From contig JYFJ02002099.1 in assembly GCA_000934665.2 (NCBI GenBank), forward strand, positions 62,001 to 126,000: DNA of 64,000 bases, given 5' to 3'. Source of the stretch: Catajapyx aquilonaris (Eukaryota). How positions within the stretch are numbered: position 1 is the first letter of the stretch; the number at the start of each line of letters is the position of its first letter. This document shows, piece after piece, positions 27,058 through 40,000 of the stretch. Under the pieces are notes generated by a model, which searched no databases, was not told the origin of the DNA, and saw nothing but the letters and a program-made list of their open reading frames with translations. The translations under genes and the position numbers were made by a program.

Positions 27058-28806
27058 TGATTGCCTGGCGAGTGTCGGATTGTAGGCACCTCACACCGCA
27101 GCTCCGCTCAATACGACTTAACGACCCGAACCAGGGTTCCAATGGAGGGCATCAGCATCGAGAATAGCTTAACCTCAACTATCTCATGCAAGTGCAATAG
27201 CCCCCCCGCCGTTGCCACCTTGTGGCTTCCTGGAAAGTGCCCCACATTTTTCCACCCCACCCTTTTATAACCCCCTGTGCCAGGTCGTTTTCGAACTTAT
27301 CATCAGACACCGAGTGTTTCACCGCTCCTAGAGTCATTTCCTGCTCCCCCCCCCCAAAAAAAAACCCCCGGGTTGTTTACAACAGACAGATCGGTACAGG
27401 CTCGCAAAACAAATCCGAAGCTAAGTAGACACGACGTCATCCAATAGACCATCGAGTGGAAAAAACCGAGCGGGTTCTTTAGAAGTCAACAAGCGAGGAA
27501 GACGTGCCTACCCTCCCAAAAACCGACCTAGGTGATTATTTACGACCCGAAAAGTGAAAAATAGAATCCGTTTTTAATTTGGCGCCAATGCCTGGTTCGC
27601 CCCCTTCGCTTTTTTTCACATGGTAGATCCCTGGATAAAGTGAGACCAATGGGCTTTTGTTACCACTAGGCTCCAGCTCCGAAGTCTACAACCTCCCGGG
27701 GGGGCTGTTCAGACTTCCTTGTAGTCCCCGCCGGAAATTTTCTGGCCCCCAGGAAAAATGTATGGAGGTTTGGGGATAATGGCCAGAGAAAATATGCCGC
27801 AGTAAGCCATGATTTACGAGTCGGACTTATGGTCTTAGAGGAGCAAATTGAGCATCTAACAGTCCAATCACGAGTCGCATGATTAGGCGAGAGTTGTAGT
27901 CAGCTCCTATATTCTCTTTCAGACCTTCACAAATTATGGCAGTAACCCCCTGCTAGGGCGAATTGGGATCGATCTATGTAATAAAAAAAAATCGCGGATT
28001 TTTCAAGTCTGACGAGGTTGCCCCCCGATTATTGACTCCAGCAATTTGGCCTCTCTTAATGGAAAGATGAAAGAGGAATCAAGAAGAAAAAAAAAGTCTG
28101 GAAGAAAAAAAAAAACTTGACTCCTTCCAAAATTCTCGATCACTTCCGATGGTCGTTAAGAAATTTTCGATCCAACCCACAGTTTTCCACACTTCCTCTC
28201 AAATTTTCCAGTCATATCTCTAGACACGCGTTGGATAAAGTTTGCAACAGAAGCCTCTCTCTCAGACTTTCTTTGCTCCTGAACAATAATGTTGCGGAAA
28301 ATGGGCTATATTTTTCTTGGAAGGTATTTGGAAAGCCATTGGTTCTTCAAAGTCAACTCCTTCTAATAAACTGCGAAACCTTCCTCTGGTTGTCGGAACG
28401 GAAAGTTTCGCCAGCTGATATATGGCCAACAAAATTAGTTCCCGGAGAAGTCACCACCGCACAAAAAAAAGTATAAGAAAGTTGGTCCATTCTTACGATT
28501 CTTCTCTTATCACTACAACCATAACGAAATCAAGCCAGGGTAAACTGATTTCAAGCCCAGATGAAAAAAAGGAGATAGTTGAAGTAGGATATCCATCAGG
28601 GATGGCTGGCAGATCGACGAGAGAAGCGTGCTGTAGGATATATCTGTAGCTTACTCTCGAATCTACTTGACGTATTTGCTCTAACTTCTGTTATAGAGTG
28701 CTTAGGTAAGGCACTGAAGGAGATCAGGGTAAATCTAACAGTGAATTTGAGAACAAACAGCCAAGTTAGCCCTCTCAATTACGTCACTCTTTTGTATACA
28801 TATCGA

Positions 28807-28885
28807 TAGTTCCTCCTCCCACCCACCAGAGGCGCTGCCTTCTCCCATTGCCCAGTCGCAGAACGGGACCAATAGGAAGCATCGG
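28807..28885 (+). repeat. Dispersed repeat family B, copy 1
   Basis: tagttcctcct..cccaccagaggcgctgccttctcccattgcccagtcgcagaacg..caataggaagc is shared with 53422 and, inverted, with 57637. Confidence 0.75.
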
Positions 28886-30924
28886 CCGTACAAGGATTTT
28901 AATACTATGCTGTAGATATTAGTTTCCAGTGTCCATTTCGCTAATTCGTAGCTAAAAATTTCCAACTTTTTGAGTATAGCATAACCAAATTTGCGCAGAA
29001 CTTGTTACAATATTCTCCACATGAAATGGCCAACTTGTTGTCATTTTATTTTGCGCCACACTACTGCACATCTACGGCACAAAAGGGCCTGCGGTCATGC
29101 TGCGTCCTAACAGTCCGACATCCCGACTTTAGAACTGGATATCCCGCTCCTCTCCCACTGGAAACATTCCCAAGATATAGTTCTCGTGACCCTAGCACCG
29201 CAGCAAAAACCCAGAGATATATATGCCCGGCACAGCTACGCAGCCTGGAGGGTTGCAGCTCTACAAGGGTCAGCGGACTCCCACGGTTGGAAATTTTGGT
29301 GGATATAAACCAACATTATTGATTCACCTGCTGATCTACAATGCCTGTGGATTGATTCGGTGTGTAACTCTCTCTCACACACACACATACACATCGGGGT
29401 AGGTCCAACCTAAGCTCAATTTCGGGGGGCATGGAAAATGCCAGGGCTGACTATATTGCACTTGATGTCACTAGAGGAGTTCGAAATGAGTTTTTCATCA
29501 ATTTACATCCCACGGGCGCTGCGAAACATTTGCTATTTTTTAAAGCCCCCCCTGAGAGCTCCAAAAAACTGACTGTTACACTCATAACACAGCTTGAAAT
29601 TTCCTGAACGCAATTCGGCAAAGAAGGGGCAACGTTAATTGCAAAATATATAGTCACACATGTTTCTTTTCTATATGTTTATAATTTCGAGCATCATGCA
29701 GTGCTAACTGTATACCGTAATGTCCATCTAGTGGTGTGTTATAATTAATAAGTTGTGGCTTGTAACTTGCCGAACTTTGTTGCCGCAACATGGCAACCTT
29801 TCATATAGGGTGTCAATCACAGTGTGGCAGGAGCAGTAGTGGTTTGTTCATGGTGTCAATTGAAAATATGGATGCTCTGTCAGTAATCCAGCTCGGTTAA
29901 GGTCTGGATCGGGTTTATTTTATATTACTGGCTCTCTGTGTGCGAATGGGCAGGCAGGAAAATCCATGTCACTTTGAAGTCGCACTGAATTCGAAACCCG
30001 AACCAGATAAAATTGTCAACACCCTCCAAAAAAATGAACTCTACACCAGTCATCAGCCTAGTAAATGGAGTCGCCCTCATTCCCGGACAATAATTTCGCT
30101 CGAATACAGTTCCGGGCGTACAGTATCGGCTCAGCAAACTCAATTATTATATGTCACTCCAAAAATTGTTACTCTGAGGTCACACTGGGTGGCTGGATCT
30201 CATCGGGCATGTCTCTGCCTTGAGGGAAGCAGCCTTCAAATACCAGGAATCTTTTCATGTTTCCTTCAATGGGGGGAATTTCACTGGACAAGACGCTCGA
30301 TAAAATGCAGATACTTGACAATCGATTGGTCGGCCCACTCAACAAGCCAGCTCTCCAATCTAAGTAGCCCAGCCGAGTGGTACTTTAAGATAAAGCCGGT
30401 CCTTACATAATAAAGCAATAAAAATTGGTACTCATCGTTCAGGAAATCAATGTGCACTCACGCCTTCCTATTAAACCAGCATATTTGACCAACTTATAAC
30501 CCTCCTGCGACTGACCTCCAAATGCAAGGGGGCCCCGGAGCACCCATTTTCCACGACATCCAAAGTAGTCCAAGTGCATTTCCCAGGACGTACAAAGGCA
30601 CGCAACAGCAACTTCCTCGCAGGCAATAATCCTGTCCGCAGATTAACGCACTGGAACAGTCGGTATAGGTCTGAGACTCAAAGGGTTGGCACTGGCAGGC
30701 AGAAATGGGCAGTTTCGTTGTCATGGCTCTCAAGAAGCTAGCTCTCTCCAAACAGCCCAAGGACCCAGTTTCCTACGCCACAAGAGGCTACTGCCTATTC
30801 CAAACAGGGCCGACCTAGCACGCGAGTTTGCGTCACACATCGTGCGTCACTCATAGTTTTTCACGAAATATATAATCAGTGATTTTCCTCCATTTTTCTA
30901 TTTGAGTAACCTGCACGCCACGTT

Positions 30925-31227
30925 CAGTGTTGGACATTAATCGCGTCGTACTGCTAGCGACATTTTTCCGATGCGGCAGACGTGCAAATCGAAGTGATAG
31001 AGTGCGATCCGTGCGAATCAGAAGTGGTAGGCCTTGGATGACGTCACCGGCTGGGGGACAAGCCCTTTTCTCCATTGTGGCCCCCAGCCGGTGACGTCAC
31101 CCATGGACTACCTCTTCTGATACGCACGGATCGCACTCTATCACTTCGATTTGCACGTCTGCCGCATCGAAAAATGTCGCTAGCAGTACGCCGCGATTGC
31201 CAGGGACGCGATTACTGTCCAACACTG
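30925..31227. mobile_element. Fold-back MITE, family A, full-length copy
   Basis: Termini cagtgttggacattaatcgcgtc and gacgcgattactgtccaacactg. Almost the whole element is a hairpin, with arms of about 130-150 bp and a loop of about 20 nt (agcccttttctccat). No clean TSD seen. Confidence 0.9.
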
Positions 31228-31434
31228 TTACTAGATGAAATTCTCTGGAATATACTTTACAATAGGGTTGTGGAGACACGGATCGCATTTAGCCCATTGC
31301 ATATACATCTGAATCAATGGTAGAGTCGTGCGTGTCACTCATCTCCCTGTGTGTACGCCGTTCCTCTGTCACAAAGCCCAGCGTGCGGGCTGTGCCAGAC
31401 CAGAGATTAATTAACCTGTCTCCTGGTTTTCCAG

Positions 31435-32294
31435 ACACAAAACCCCGTGTGAAGAGCCACTACCGAGCCCACCGCCTGTCCTTCTGGCTGGCTCTGATCC
31501 CGGAGCTGCACCGTCCCGGCGGAGACGACGTCCCGATCCAGCACCACCTGCTGGACGCCACGGACGAGGAAGACGTCCTGGACTCCCTAGGTCCCCCCCT
31601 TCCGCCCCACCCCCGCCCCCCGCCCCCTCCCCATCCGTCTCTATCCTCCCCAGACCGAAGAGCCTACCCCTGGCCATCCTCCTCTTCAACGGCCAGCAGC
31701 ACTCCGGCTCCACACCCGCCGTCCACCCCGGGGCCGCCCCATCCTGCCACCCCGGGGCCAACCAGGGACCACACCGAGTCCTCCTCATCCTCAATGCTGG
31801 GCAACTCGGTCGGTGCCAGCAGTAGCAGCACCGGCGGTAACAACGGCGAGGACGGTTTCGCCGCCTATTCGACAGCCCTCAGCGTCACCATAGCCATCGG
31901 ATGCTCACTGCTCATTCTCAACGTGCTCATCTTCGCCGGGGTGTACTACCAGAGGGACAAAGGTCGCCTCGAGGCCAAGCGCCGAAATGAGAACGGGCAG
32001 CTGGCGGCTGAGATGGAAGCGGCTGCTGCGGCCGCCGCTGCTGCAGCAGCCGCGGCAGCCGCAGCCCACCACGCCAACACCGACGTCAGCCGCACGCATC
32101 CGAGGAAGGTGCCCATGCCCATCTTCCAGACGCAACTGCCGCCGCCCGAGTTTGCGGACGCTCCCAGGGTGGTGGCGCTTCCGTCGCAGCCGCCCCCGCC
32201 CCCAAGGGCCAGCAACCGGTTCGCCTCGGGGCAGAAACCCGTGGCCAACACCACCAAGGGACTCCCCAACAACGTAGAGGAGCTCAGGGTGTAG
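31435..32294 (+). CDS. Nlg3: Neuroligin (Nlg3-like) terminal coding exon: end of ectodomain, Pro/Ser/Thr stalk, TM helix, cytoplasmic tail with PDZ-binding C-terminus
   Basis: Acceptor tctcctggttttccAG (31433-34) with branch-like TTAAC at 31411. Protein [34 protein letters not shown]...[33 protein letters not shown]...LPPPEFAD...EELRV*, all arthropod neuroligin hallmarks. TM about 31875-31949. The first 39 codons of the 31317 ORF are intronic. Confidence 0.96.
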
Positions 32295-32401
32295 TGCGGG
32301 TTTTTAAATATTATACGGAGACGTCCTCGATGACACGCGGACTTGACGCGTGACGTGGATATGTGAACTACACGTGGTTTCTCAGTGTGTGCCGACGCGG
32401 A

Positions 32402-32407
32402 AATAAA
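32402..32407 (+). terminator. Candidate proximal polyadenylation signal AATAAA
   Basis: First AATAAA, about 110 nt after the TAG stop. Further hexamers at 32775 and near 33163. Confidence 0.45.
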
Positions 32408-33454
32408 GTTTTAGTAGCAAAAAATACACCCGTGCACGAGTTATTACAGGGTTTTTACCTACCAGTTTTTGAATACAATGGCCATCCGCGAATAGTATTT
32501 TGATTTAGACTTCCATCCAGGTAAAACGATATGGGCACTTAGCCCGTGGAGAGCAAACCCTCGTGTCCTACTTACAGCATTACAAGTCATTATTGCAGGT
32601 CTTCATCACGAGTGTCGCCAGCCCCTTTTTGATGGGGGAGGATGAAAGGCCGTTATGCTTCCGAATAGACTCTCAGTGGCTGTCAGGTCGGTTGTCAAGA
32701 TATCGGATGTAAACTCAGGCCCGAGACGATGTCTGTAGACGAGCAATTTCTTTTTCTTTTGGAAGCCTGTTAAAAATAAAGGCCTTGGTCTCCATGGCAA
32801 CAACATACAGCAGATATCATTTTTAGTTGAGTTGGTCTTACGTTAGAACTTCTTTGCTTATTAAAGATGCCGAAGAAACGGTTTCTTGTTCGATAGCTCA
32901 CTTTACCTATTGTAAACATTTCATGAGTTTATACAGATCTTCTTAAACATGAAAGACAAACCCACCACCGAAAAAAGAGCGTAGCCTACAGTTATGATAT
33001 GGCTAACGAGAAATCAATGAGTTGCCATATTTTTGCCTCCCTACCTTCCAAACCGCCCTTCATTTTGTATACTGTATGCAATGCGTGTTCAGCTCTGGCG
33101 TATCCGATGCGGTTTTGACGAGCCACCGGATTCTGACAAGTATTCCTAGAGCCCCGGCATAAAATAAATAAATAGGCGGATATGCCGAGTGACAGGGAAT
33201 CCCACACACACAAATAGGAACGATCCCAGCGTCCGACCGTCACGTCTCACATGTGGTCTCGTTAGTCTACATGTTTGACACAATTTTGCTTACAGTTTCT
33301 CGTCGACGAGTCACGTACCATGCACCAAATTGTGTGCAATACGGCAAAACGATGCAATTTGGGGTGAAACCAGTCACGTTACTTGAAGTTTTGAAATTTC
33401 ATCTGTGTACTGTACAGCCAGTACAATATAGAGGCGAGAGATGATGAGAAACTA

Positions 33455-33470
33455 GCCGGTAGATGGCGCT
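33455..33470 (+). promoter_or_regulatory. Candidate CTCF site downstream of the neuroligin
   Basis: gccggtagatggcgct contains the TAGATGGCGC core. Motif match only. Confidence 0.3.
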
Positions 33471-35320
33471 GAACTATTGGTGTTCAGCGGTGCATGTACC
33501 AAACGCGGCCATCACGTTTCTCCTGTATGTTATACCTTGTTTTTGACCAATCTAATGTGTCGTTGAATGTGGCTGGAGGGCAACCAGCGGACAAGTTTAG
33601 TCAAGCCTGTTGAATGTGCCTTGCGAATCAGATTATGGCTAAGCTACAAAGCAAATGTGATGGCCTTTCCCTTACCCCCTCAGAATTGAAGCAGTCTGCC
33701 ACATCTAAAATGCATAGCGGAAACCAGGGAATGTTCTCTTCAGTCAGGCAAAAGCCACGCATTTCCTGCCATGTATTACAGTTACGTAGTAACTTTTGAT
33801 ATTACACCCCCGTATATCGCTCTCGTTCTACATCAGCAAGTGAGTTTATGAATTGCAAACTTGCTCCGTGACGCATTTTGGAGCACTGTGACATCTCAAG
33901 CGCCGAAACAACTAAAGCGAGCTGTTGTTACTGAATTAATTACAGGCTTTCTCAGAGACTAAGACGAGTAACAATGATTATTCATAGCTTCATTTCCTCC
34001 TTTCCCGTCCAACATTTAATCCTCCCGGGGTTGCGGTATAGGAAACACAGGGTCAATGAAACACGCTCGATTTTTTTTTCCCCCGGAGTCTTTCCTAAAC
34101 TTTTCCCCCATCCGGACAATTCAAGTTGTTAGAACCCGAGGTTTTACCGCCAGCAGCAGTTCTGTCCTTGAGCACAATCAAGGGATTCACTCGTGGTAAT
34201 TCCCCGGCACATTGTAATTAATGACACTATTTCCATGCAAACAAAAAAAAATGCTGAAAAGCAGAGTAGAAATACTGTTAGCTTTAAGCCAGCCCCCGGA
34301 CACTTATACTACATTCTGATGTTATGGTGGGAGTGTCCAGACCTTACTTTCTATGACCATGCTTTAAGCCCACCGCTAGCGACCTCTCTTGTCTAATGTG
34401 TACTAGTGTAAATAGCAAGAAGCTTGTCTACAATATTACGAGAAATACGGTGAACAGTAATGGACACTAGGTTAGCTGATCCCCGTCCGATTAGAGCGAA
34501 TCCATTAATCTATCCCAAAGGGATTAACAAATCCGGGTGTCCATTTTGGAGCGCCCCCATTCTACAAGGTGTAATCAAAAAAAAAAAAGTTTGCTCCCTG
34601 ATTTATTTAACGGAAACCATCAACATATCACGTTCAAAATAGACCGGGCGCACTATCCCATCCACAAAATAAAATATTGGCCAACCCCTGTCGAGAGCAG
34701 TTAGTAAACACCCGTTATTTGGCTACAAAATTCCGCTCTATTCACACTGGCCACTCTGAAAAAAGGACATTCTATCGAGCTTACTGTAGCGAAAGTGACA
34801 TGGGCTGAAGGTAACTTGCATCAATCAATCAGGCCTTCATTGCAAAGTAAAGGAGAGCTGTATACTACGACGAAAGGGAAGGTAGTAGCAGGCAACTAGC
34901 TTCCGCGCCATTTTAGTATTGAAAAATTGGCTCGTCCCGAGAAGAGGGAATTAGGCCAAAGCCTAGGGGAAATTTTCTTCCCGGAGCAACTTGCCGAGAT
35001 TGGAGCGCGGCTCGAAAAAAGAAACAAAAAAAAGAGAGGAGGGGATTTAAAACGCTTCAAAATTGTGAAGGAGGAAAATTTCCCGGATCCTAGCCATTGC
35101 CCGGCAACATCGGAATTGACGCTATCCAGCACTCTCCTTTCTCCCGAATAATTCAGCAAAAGAATTGACTTGAAAGCTGCCTAATATAAAAGAGGGGGGG
35201 ACGGACCAGGAGAATTGATTTGTCTGCAGCTACACTCTCCACTGAAAATCGCTCAAAGTGAGTGAAATTTGATGGAAAAAATCACATTCGACTGCGTGGC
35301 CTAAACTTTCGAGAGAGAGA

Positions 35321-35721
35321 GAGAGAGAAGCGGCAGGCAATTTGTTGACTTCTTTCCTCGAGGAGACAGAGAAACCAGGAATTTCAGAGGTGAGTTCAAT
35401 CCCTGACCCTCTCACCTCCGCCAATTAATTTAATAGGCGGCACATTGCAAACATGCTAATTGTTGCCAAATGACTCAATTATTTAGTGCCATCATGTGAA
35501 ATGTCCGAGCGGTATTATTATTATTATNGAGAGAGAAGCGGCAGGCAATTTGTTGACTTCTTTCCTCGAGGAGACAGAGAAACCAGGAATTTCAGAGGTG
35601 AGTTCAATCCCTGACCCTCTCACCTCCGCCAATTAATTTAATAGGCGGCACATTGCAAAACATGCTAATTGTTGCTAAATGACCCAATTATTTTGTGCCA
35701 TCATGCGAAATGTCCGAGCGA

Positions 35722-35780
<59 letters not shown>
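35321..35780. repeat. Direct duplication of about 200 bp split by an N (35528), bounded by (GA)n and (TAT)n
   Basis: 35321-35527 versus 35529 onward, with about 6 differences. Confidence 0.9.
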
Positions 35781-35782
<2 letters not shown>

Positions 35783-37026
35783 AGTATTATTAATATTATT
35801 ATTATTATGGACATTAATTACAAGCCTACTGTTTGCATGCCCTGCGCCTAATGAAAAAAATGAAGAGCTCCAATGACCAATTTCAACTTCAGCTCCTTCA
35901 AATTGACATAAGTTTCTCCTAAAATATCGGAAAAATACCGAATTTCTCTCTCATCGTTATTTCACTAATGGCAAGGACTTACCATCTCCCACAAACAAAA
36001 GTCTCGAATAAAACAACAAATCAATATTATTCCAGAGGCCAAACCCCTGCTCCCCCCACCATCCTTATCGTCATCCCGCGACAGTTGCACCCCAGCATAA
36101 TCAAATCCTCTCAACAGGCAGGTAAGAGGTGGCAGCCACTTGTATTCGTACCGAACCTTGCATCGTTGTATCTCCCAGAAACGCATACATTATTCAGCGA
36201 GGCAGCGGTGGGATTGTGCCAATCTTGGCACTGGCGACGACACGTCCTTTGTGTCGTCTCAAATCATCCCTTTCTGCCATCTTCTTGGCGGCCTTTCTTC
36301 CTCTGGGAGGAGGAGAAGGAGGGAGGAGGGAGGAGAAATCCCCCCCCCCACCCTTCCCCCCCCCCCTTCCTTTCTATATAACCCTGGCCCATATAATCCC
36401 ATTCCACCCGAAAACCAAATCCGGTCTGGTGCCTTGGACAAGTGGACTCGAGTGAAGCCCCGTCTCAGGGCTAATGTCCCAGAGTTCCGGGAGCAGATTG
36501 AAAGCATTTCCGCATTAATTTACAGTCTATAGTGGCTAAGTTATAGTCCGTGAGACCTCTAGCGCCCCATGATAAATAGGGAGTAACAAACTAGTTAGGT
36601 ATCCAGCTTTCAAATCAATGGCGGCCTCTGAATAATTGAATATGGCGTCAGAAATTTAAAATAACAAATCGAGGGATTGCCGTGGTCCTTCATCTGGCTG
36701 AGTGCACTTAAAGCTCAAGTTGCAGCAAATTCGTACAAATTAGTCGCTCAGGTCACAATTCACCGGATTTTGGAGCTGTGCCTCACCTGACTTTGAGCCC
36801 GGATAAGAGATCATCCGGGAAGTAATCCCTACGCGAAGAGCCGAAGCACCCCAGTTAACGATGTCAATGCTTGGGGGGGTCAATAGTTAAGTCGCCATCG
36901 GCCTGTCTACAGTATGGTCAGTGAGTTTGATAGGATTAGCCATCGGGGCAGAAAGAGTCAAATATTTAATGTCGCCTTCTTTGACAGTTCAGTTTGGCAT
37001 ATAGTGAACAGGCGAACCACTTGTCC

Positions 37027-37095
37027 AAGTGTGGCGCATTTCTGCAAGTGTGGCGCATTTCTGCACGTGTGGCGCATTTCCGCACGTATGGCTCA
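37027..37095. repeat. 19-bp tandem repeat, about 3.5 copies
   Basis: Unit gtgtggcgcatttctgca(a/c). Confidence 0.9.
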
Positions 37096-40000
37096 AAAAT
37101 TTCAAAATGACACATTTTTTCCCCACCCATTTTTTTAAAAACTTGTTGAATCATGGTAGATTTACACTGCATTTACACTATAACCTTCACTCATACCGAT
37201 ATCATTTTCCTTAATGTGTCAACCCTAGACGCCACTAACGGTCCATTTGGGCCACCCCCTCTTTTCTGCCTACCGGACGATCCCCTTTTGCTTTGTTACA
37301 CCACAAGAGCCTTCCAGCCATGATATATCCCTTTCGGAAATAATATGGCTCCTGTCGCCCAATAGCTTTTCGGAGGACGCCGAACGTCGTTGACCCGCTT
37401 CCGTTCCCTATAATCCGCTGGAAACGAAGCGCAACTCCATTAAATCGCGCTCGGGAAGGGGGCGGAGGGGGGGTTGCTCTGATGTGGGAGGAGACCTGCG
37501 GCCACTTATCCAGGTGTCGACTTGGAAGAAGTGGGGACGAGCGGTGCTTAACGGGGCACGGAGGACGAGGCAAAGGAGTCTGTCTCCATCCGGGGAATTA
37601 GCAGAGCAAAAAGTCTTCAGCACCATCTATCAGCTAGGAGGCTGCTTGGTACAGTTGGTTGGCGTACCTGAGAGAAGGGGGTATTGATTTTCCATACCGA
37701 TCAACGACGATGGAAAGGAGGTTGGGGGGGAGGATAAATGGAGGATGGGGTGGGAGTAGAGGAGAAAAGACCCTCCCCAAACCACCCCGCCACCCTTCCC
37801 TTTTGGCCTCCTCGCCATCGGCATCGTCATTGACGTCGGTCTTCTCAATCGTCGGTGCCAACTTTTCCTCGCCTATACCAGCAGTCGCCCTCCTTTTATT
37901 CACTCCCTACCCGCCTCTCCCCATCCAACCCCGGGACTCGTGTTCGCTTTTTGCGAAATGGAATCGACCAGGTGGAGTCTCCCTTAATTAGATTTCCTAG
38001 ACTGTGGAAACTGCGACAAATTAGCCCGCTGGCGACGGCGAAAAGAGCTGCCCCGTGTATAAAAACCCTAAATAACTCTGGTAAAACTCGTAGTGATTCC
38101 GGGGGGAATTTTGCCCCCCCCCCCCCCTCCCATCCCTTGAATATATACGTAATAGGATACTTGCCCAAACCCAACCAACCAACCGCATCGGCCCAACCAG
38201 TTTTCAAGCGGCAAAAGTTTCCGTTTTCGTTTCCGCCAAAACTCCAGCGTGATTATCAAGGCACTATATGGTGTACGGTACTTGCTCCGCCTCAAAATCG
38301 GAGTGCAAGTCAAGGGGGGGGGGGGGAGTTTCTAAGGGAATCGATCACTATTGGCTCGCGTTAAGAGGAAATTGAAGTCTTTATTCGGCCCACGTGACCT
38401 GTGATGGCCGTTCAATTTCTAAAGAGAAAGGAGACACAAGGAATACCGAATGAGAGAGGGCCCTTCAGGGAGACGGTTGCTTTGTTGACTTTTTATCTCC
38501 AGATCTAAGCCATGACCTGTCTTCGACTCTTGAAATGACTAAAGTGCACTAATCGACTAGTCGATGTTCATAATCCAATATTCGTGTCATTATGAGGCCC
38601 TACTGAACCCAGATTTGCTTAACGTCCTATATGTAGGACGCTTTTAGACGTTCTGTTCTGCTCATAAAAAGAATATATTGAAAAAAAAATTAACAAATAA
38701 TGTTGTAAGCGTGTTCCTGCCCATTGTGGCTGTTTAGAGGCCAACGGCTTGTTTATGTCATCAACAAAAGTGTGTCATTCTCTGTATTGCATCTGGCCCA
38801 CAGACAAACGCTGTAAAAACATTTAACTGCAGTGAAAATAATGTTGGGTCATGTAACCCCCTGGCCATGCCCATAACCTAGTTCAAAGGTGAACAAACAT
38901 ATTATTATTTTCACATACATTTATGCAGACAAACTCATCCCTGAAGTTGTTATTGTTTTGAAGCCGCTTCGGATTCAAAATGCACCAATCCCACGCATTA
39001 TTTTTTCAACACTGCTGCTCATTGCAGAGTAGTAAAATTCAGGGCATGAACTGGGCAAGTATCTATGTGCACTTGGAGAGTACTACCGCATAATCAATAC
39101 CGAAAGTGCCCACCAGTATTGTTCAAATCTGATTTAAAGTTACTCAACTATTCTGCCACTGCAAACTCTGGCGTTAATATTAAGAAATCCGATATCAAGT
39201 ACAGGTAGGACGTATCGGATGGGCCTACCTGCACTTAAATTCTAGATGCACAAAAGCACACAAACAATGAGAGACAGAATGGGAAATGCAGCATCACTTA
39301 GGACAACAAAGGGCAAAATGGATGCACATGTTTATTATATCCGGCATGATCAAAAGTGCACTCTAATGTATTCATGATCTGATTTGAACATGCTGAGAGT
39401 GCTGATCATTATGTGAACATTCATGAGCTTCAGAAGAATGTATGATAGTGCTATGCAGCCTGGGTGATATACACTTCGCAGAGTGTACTGTCGGGTCTGT
39501 TGCAGTTGGCGGGGCAGACAACCGCGGAGTTTGATGTGTTGTTACAGGGAAGGCTTTTGTGGATCATGGAACACTACAGTTGGTTGGTGGTGAGGATGTG
39601 GTTTGGATGTACCGATCTTCCGGAACAGTTGCTCTTGGCAGAGGTGTGCATTTAATTTACTGTTAACATCCACTGTTGAAAGACCTGAACGCAGCAAGAT
39701 TTTTTTTTTTGGCAGCTCAGGATTCACTTTTAATTCAAAAGTTGCATACGAATTCGGAGAGAGGGTGTATATAAAAACCTCCGGTTAGTGTAAAACATAG
39801 CTCCACTTACTTGTGAGGTACAGTACAGTACATGCCACAAGCGAACAAAAAATTATTATAACCACATTAATACAGTTGGAACCCTCTTAGCCTATACCCC
39901 CAACGGGATATATAATTCCAGGTTGTAAACCAGACCTGGGATTATTAACCGATCCCAATTATACATTTTTGAACACAACGTGGGTTTTTGGGTAGAGCCT

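Larger units (their letters stand above)
19278..31434 (+). other. Phase-1 GT-AG intron (12,157 nt) of the neuroligin
   Basis: Splicing gives the contiguous reading [25 protein letters not shown]. Confidence 0.9.

Noticed and set aside
31317..31434. ATG-initiated single-exon 325-aa gene from the ORF track
   Set aside because: Neuroligin similarity starts exactly at the AG acceptor (31434/35). The upstream codons are intron read-through.
31411..32277. Antisense and alternate-frame ORFs over the terminal exon
   Set aside because: Expected shadows of GC-rich, low-complexity coding sequence.
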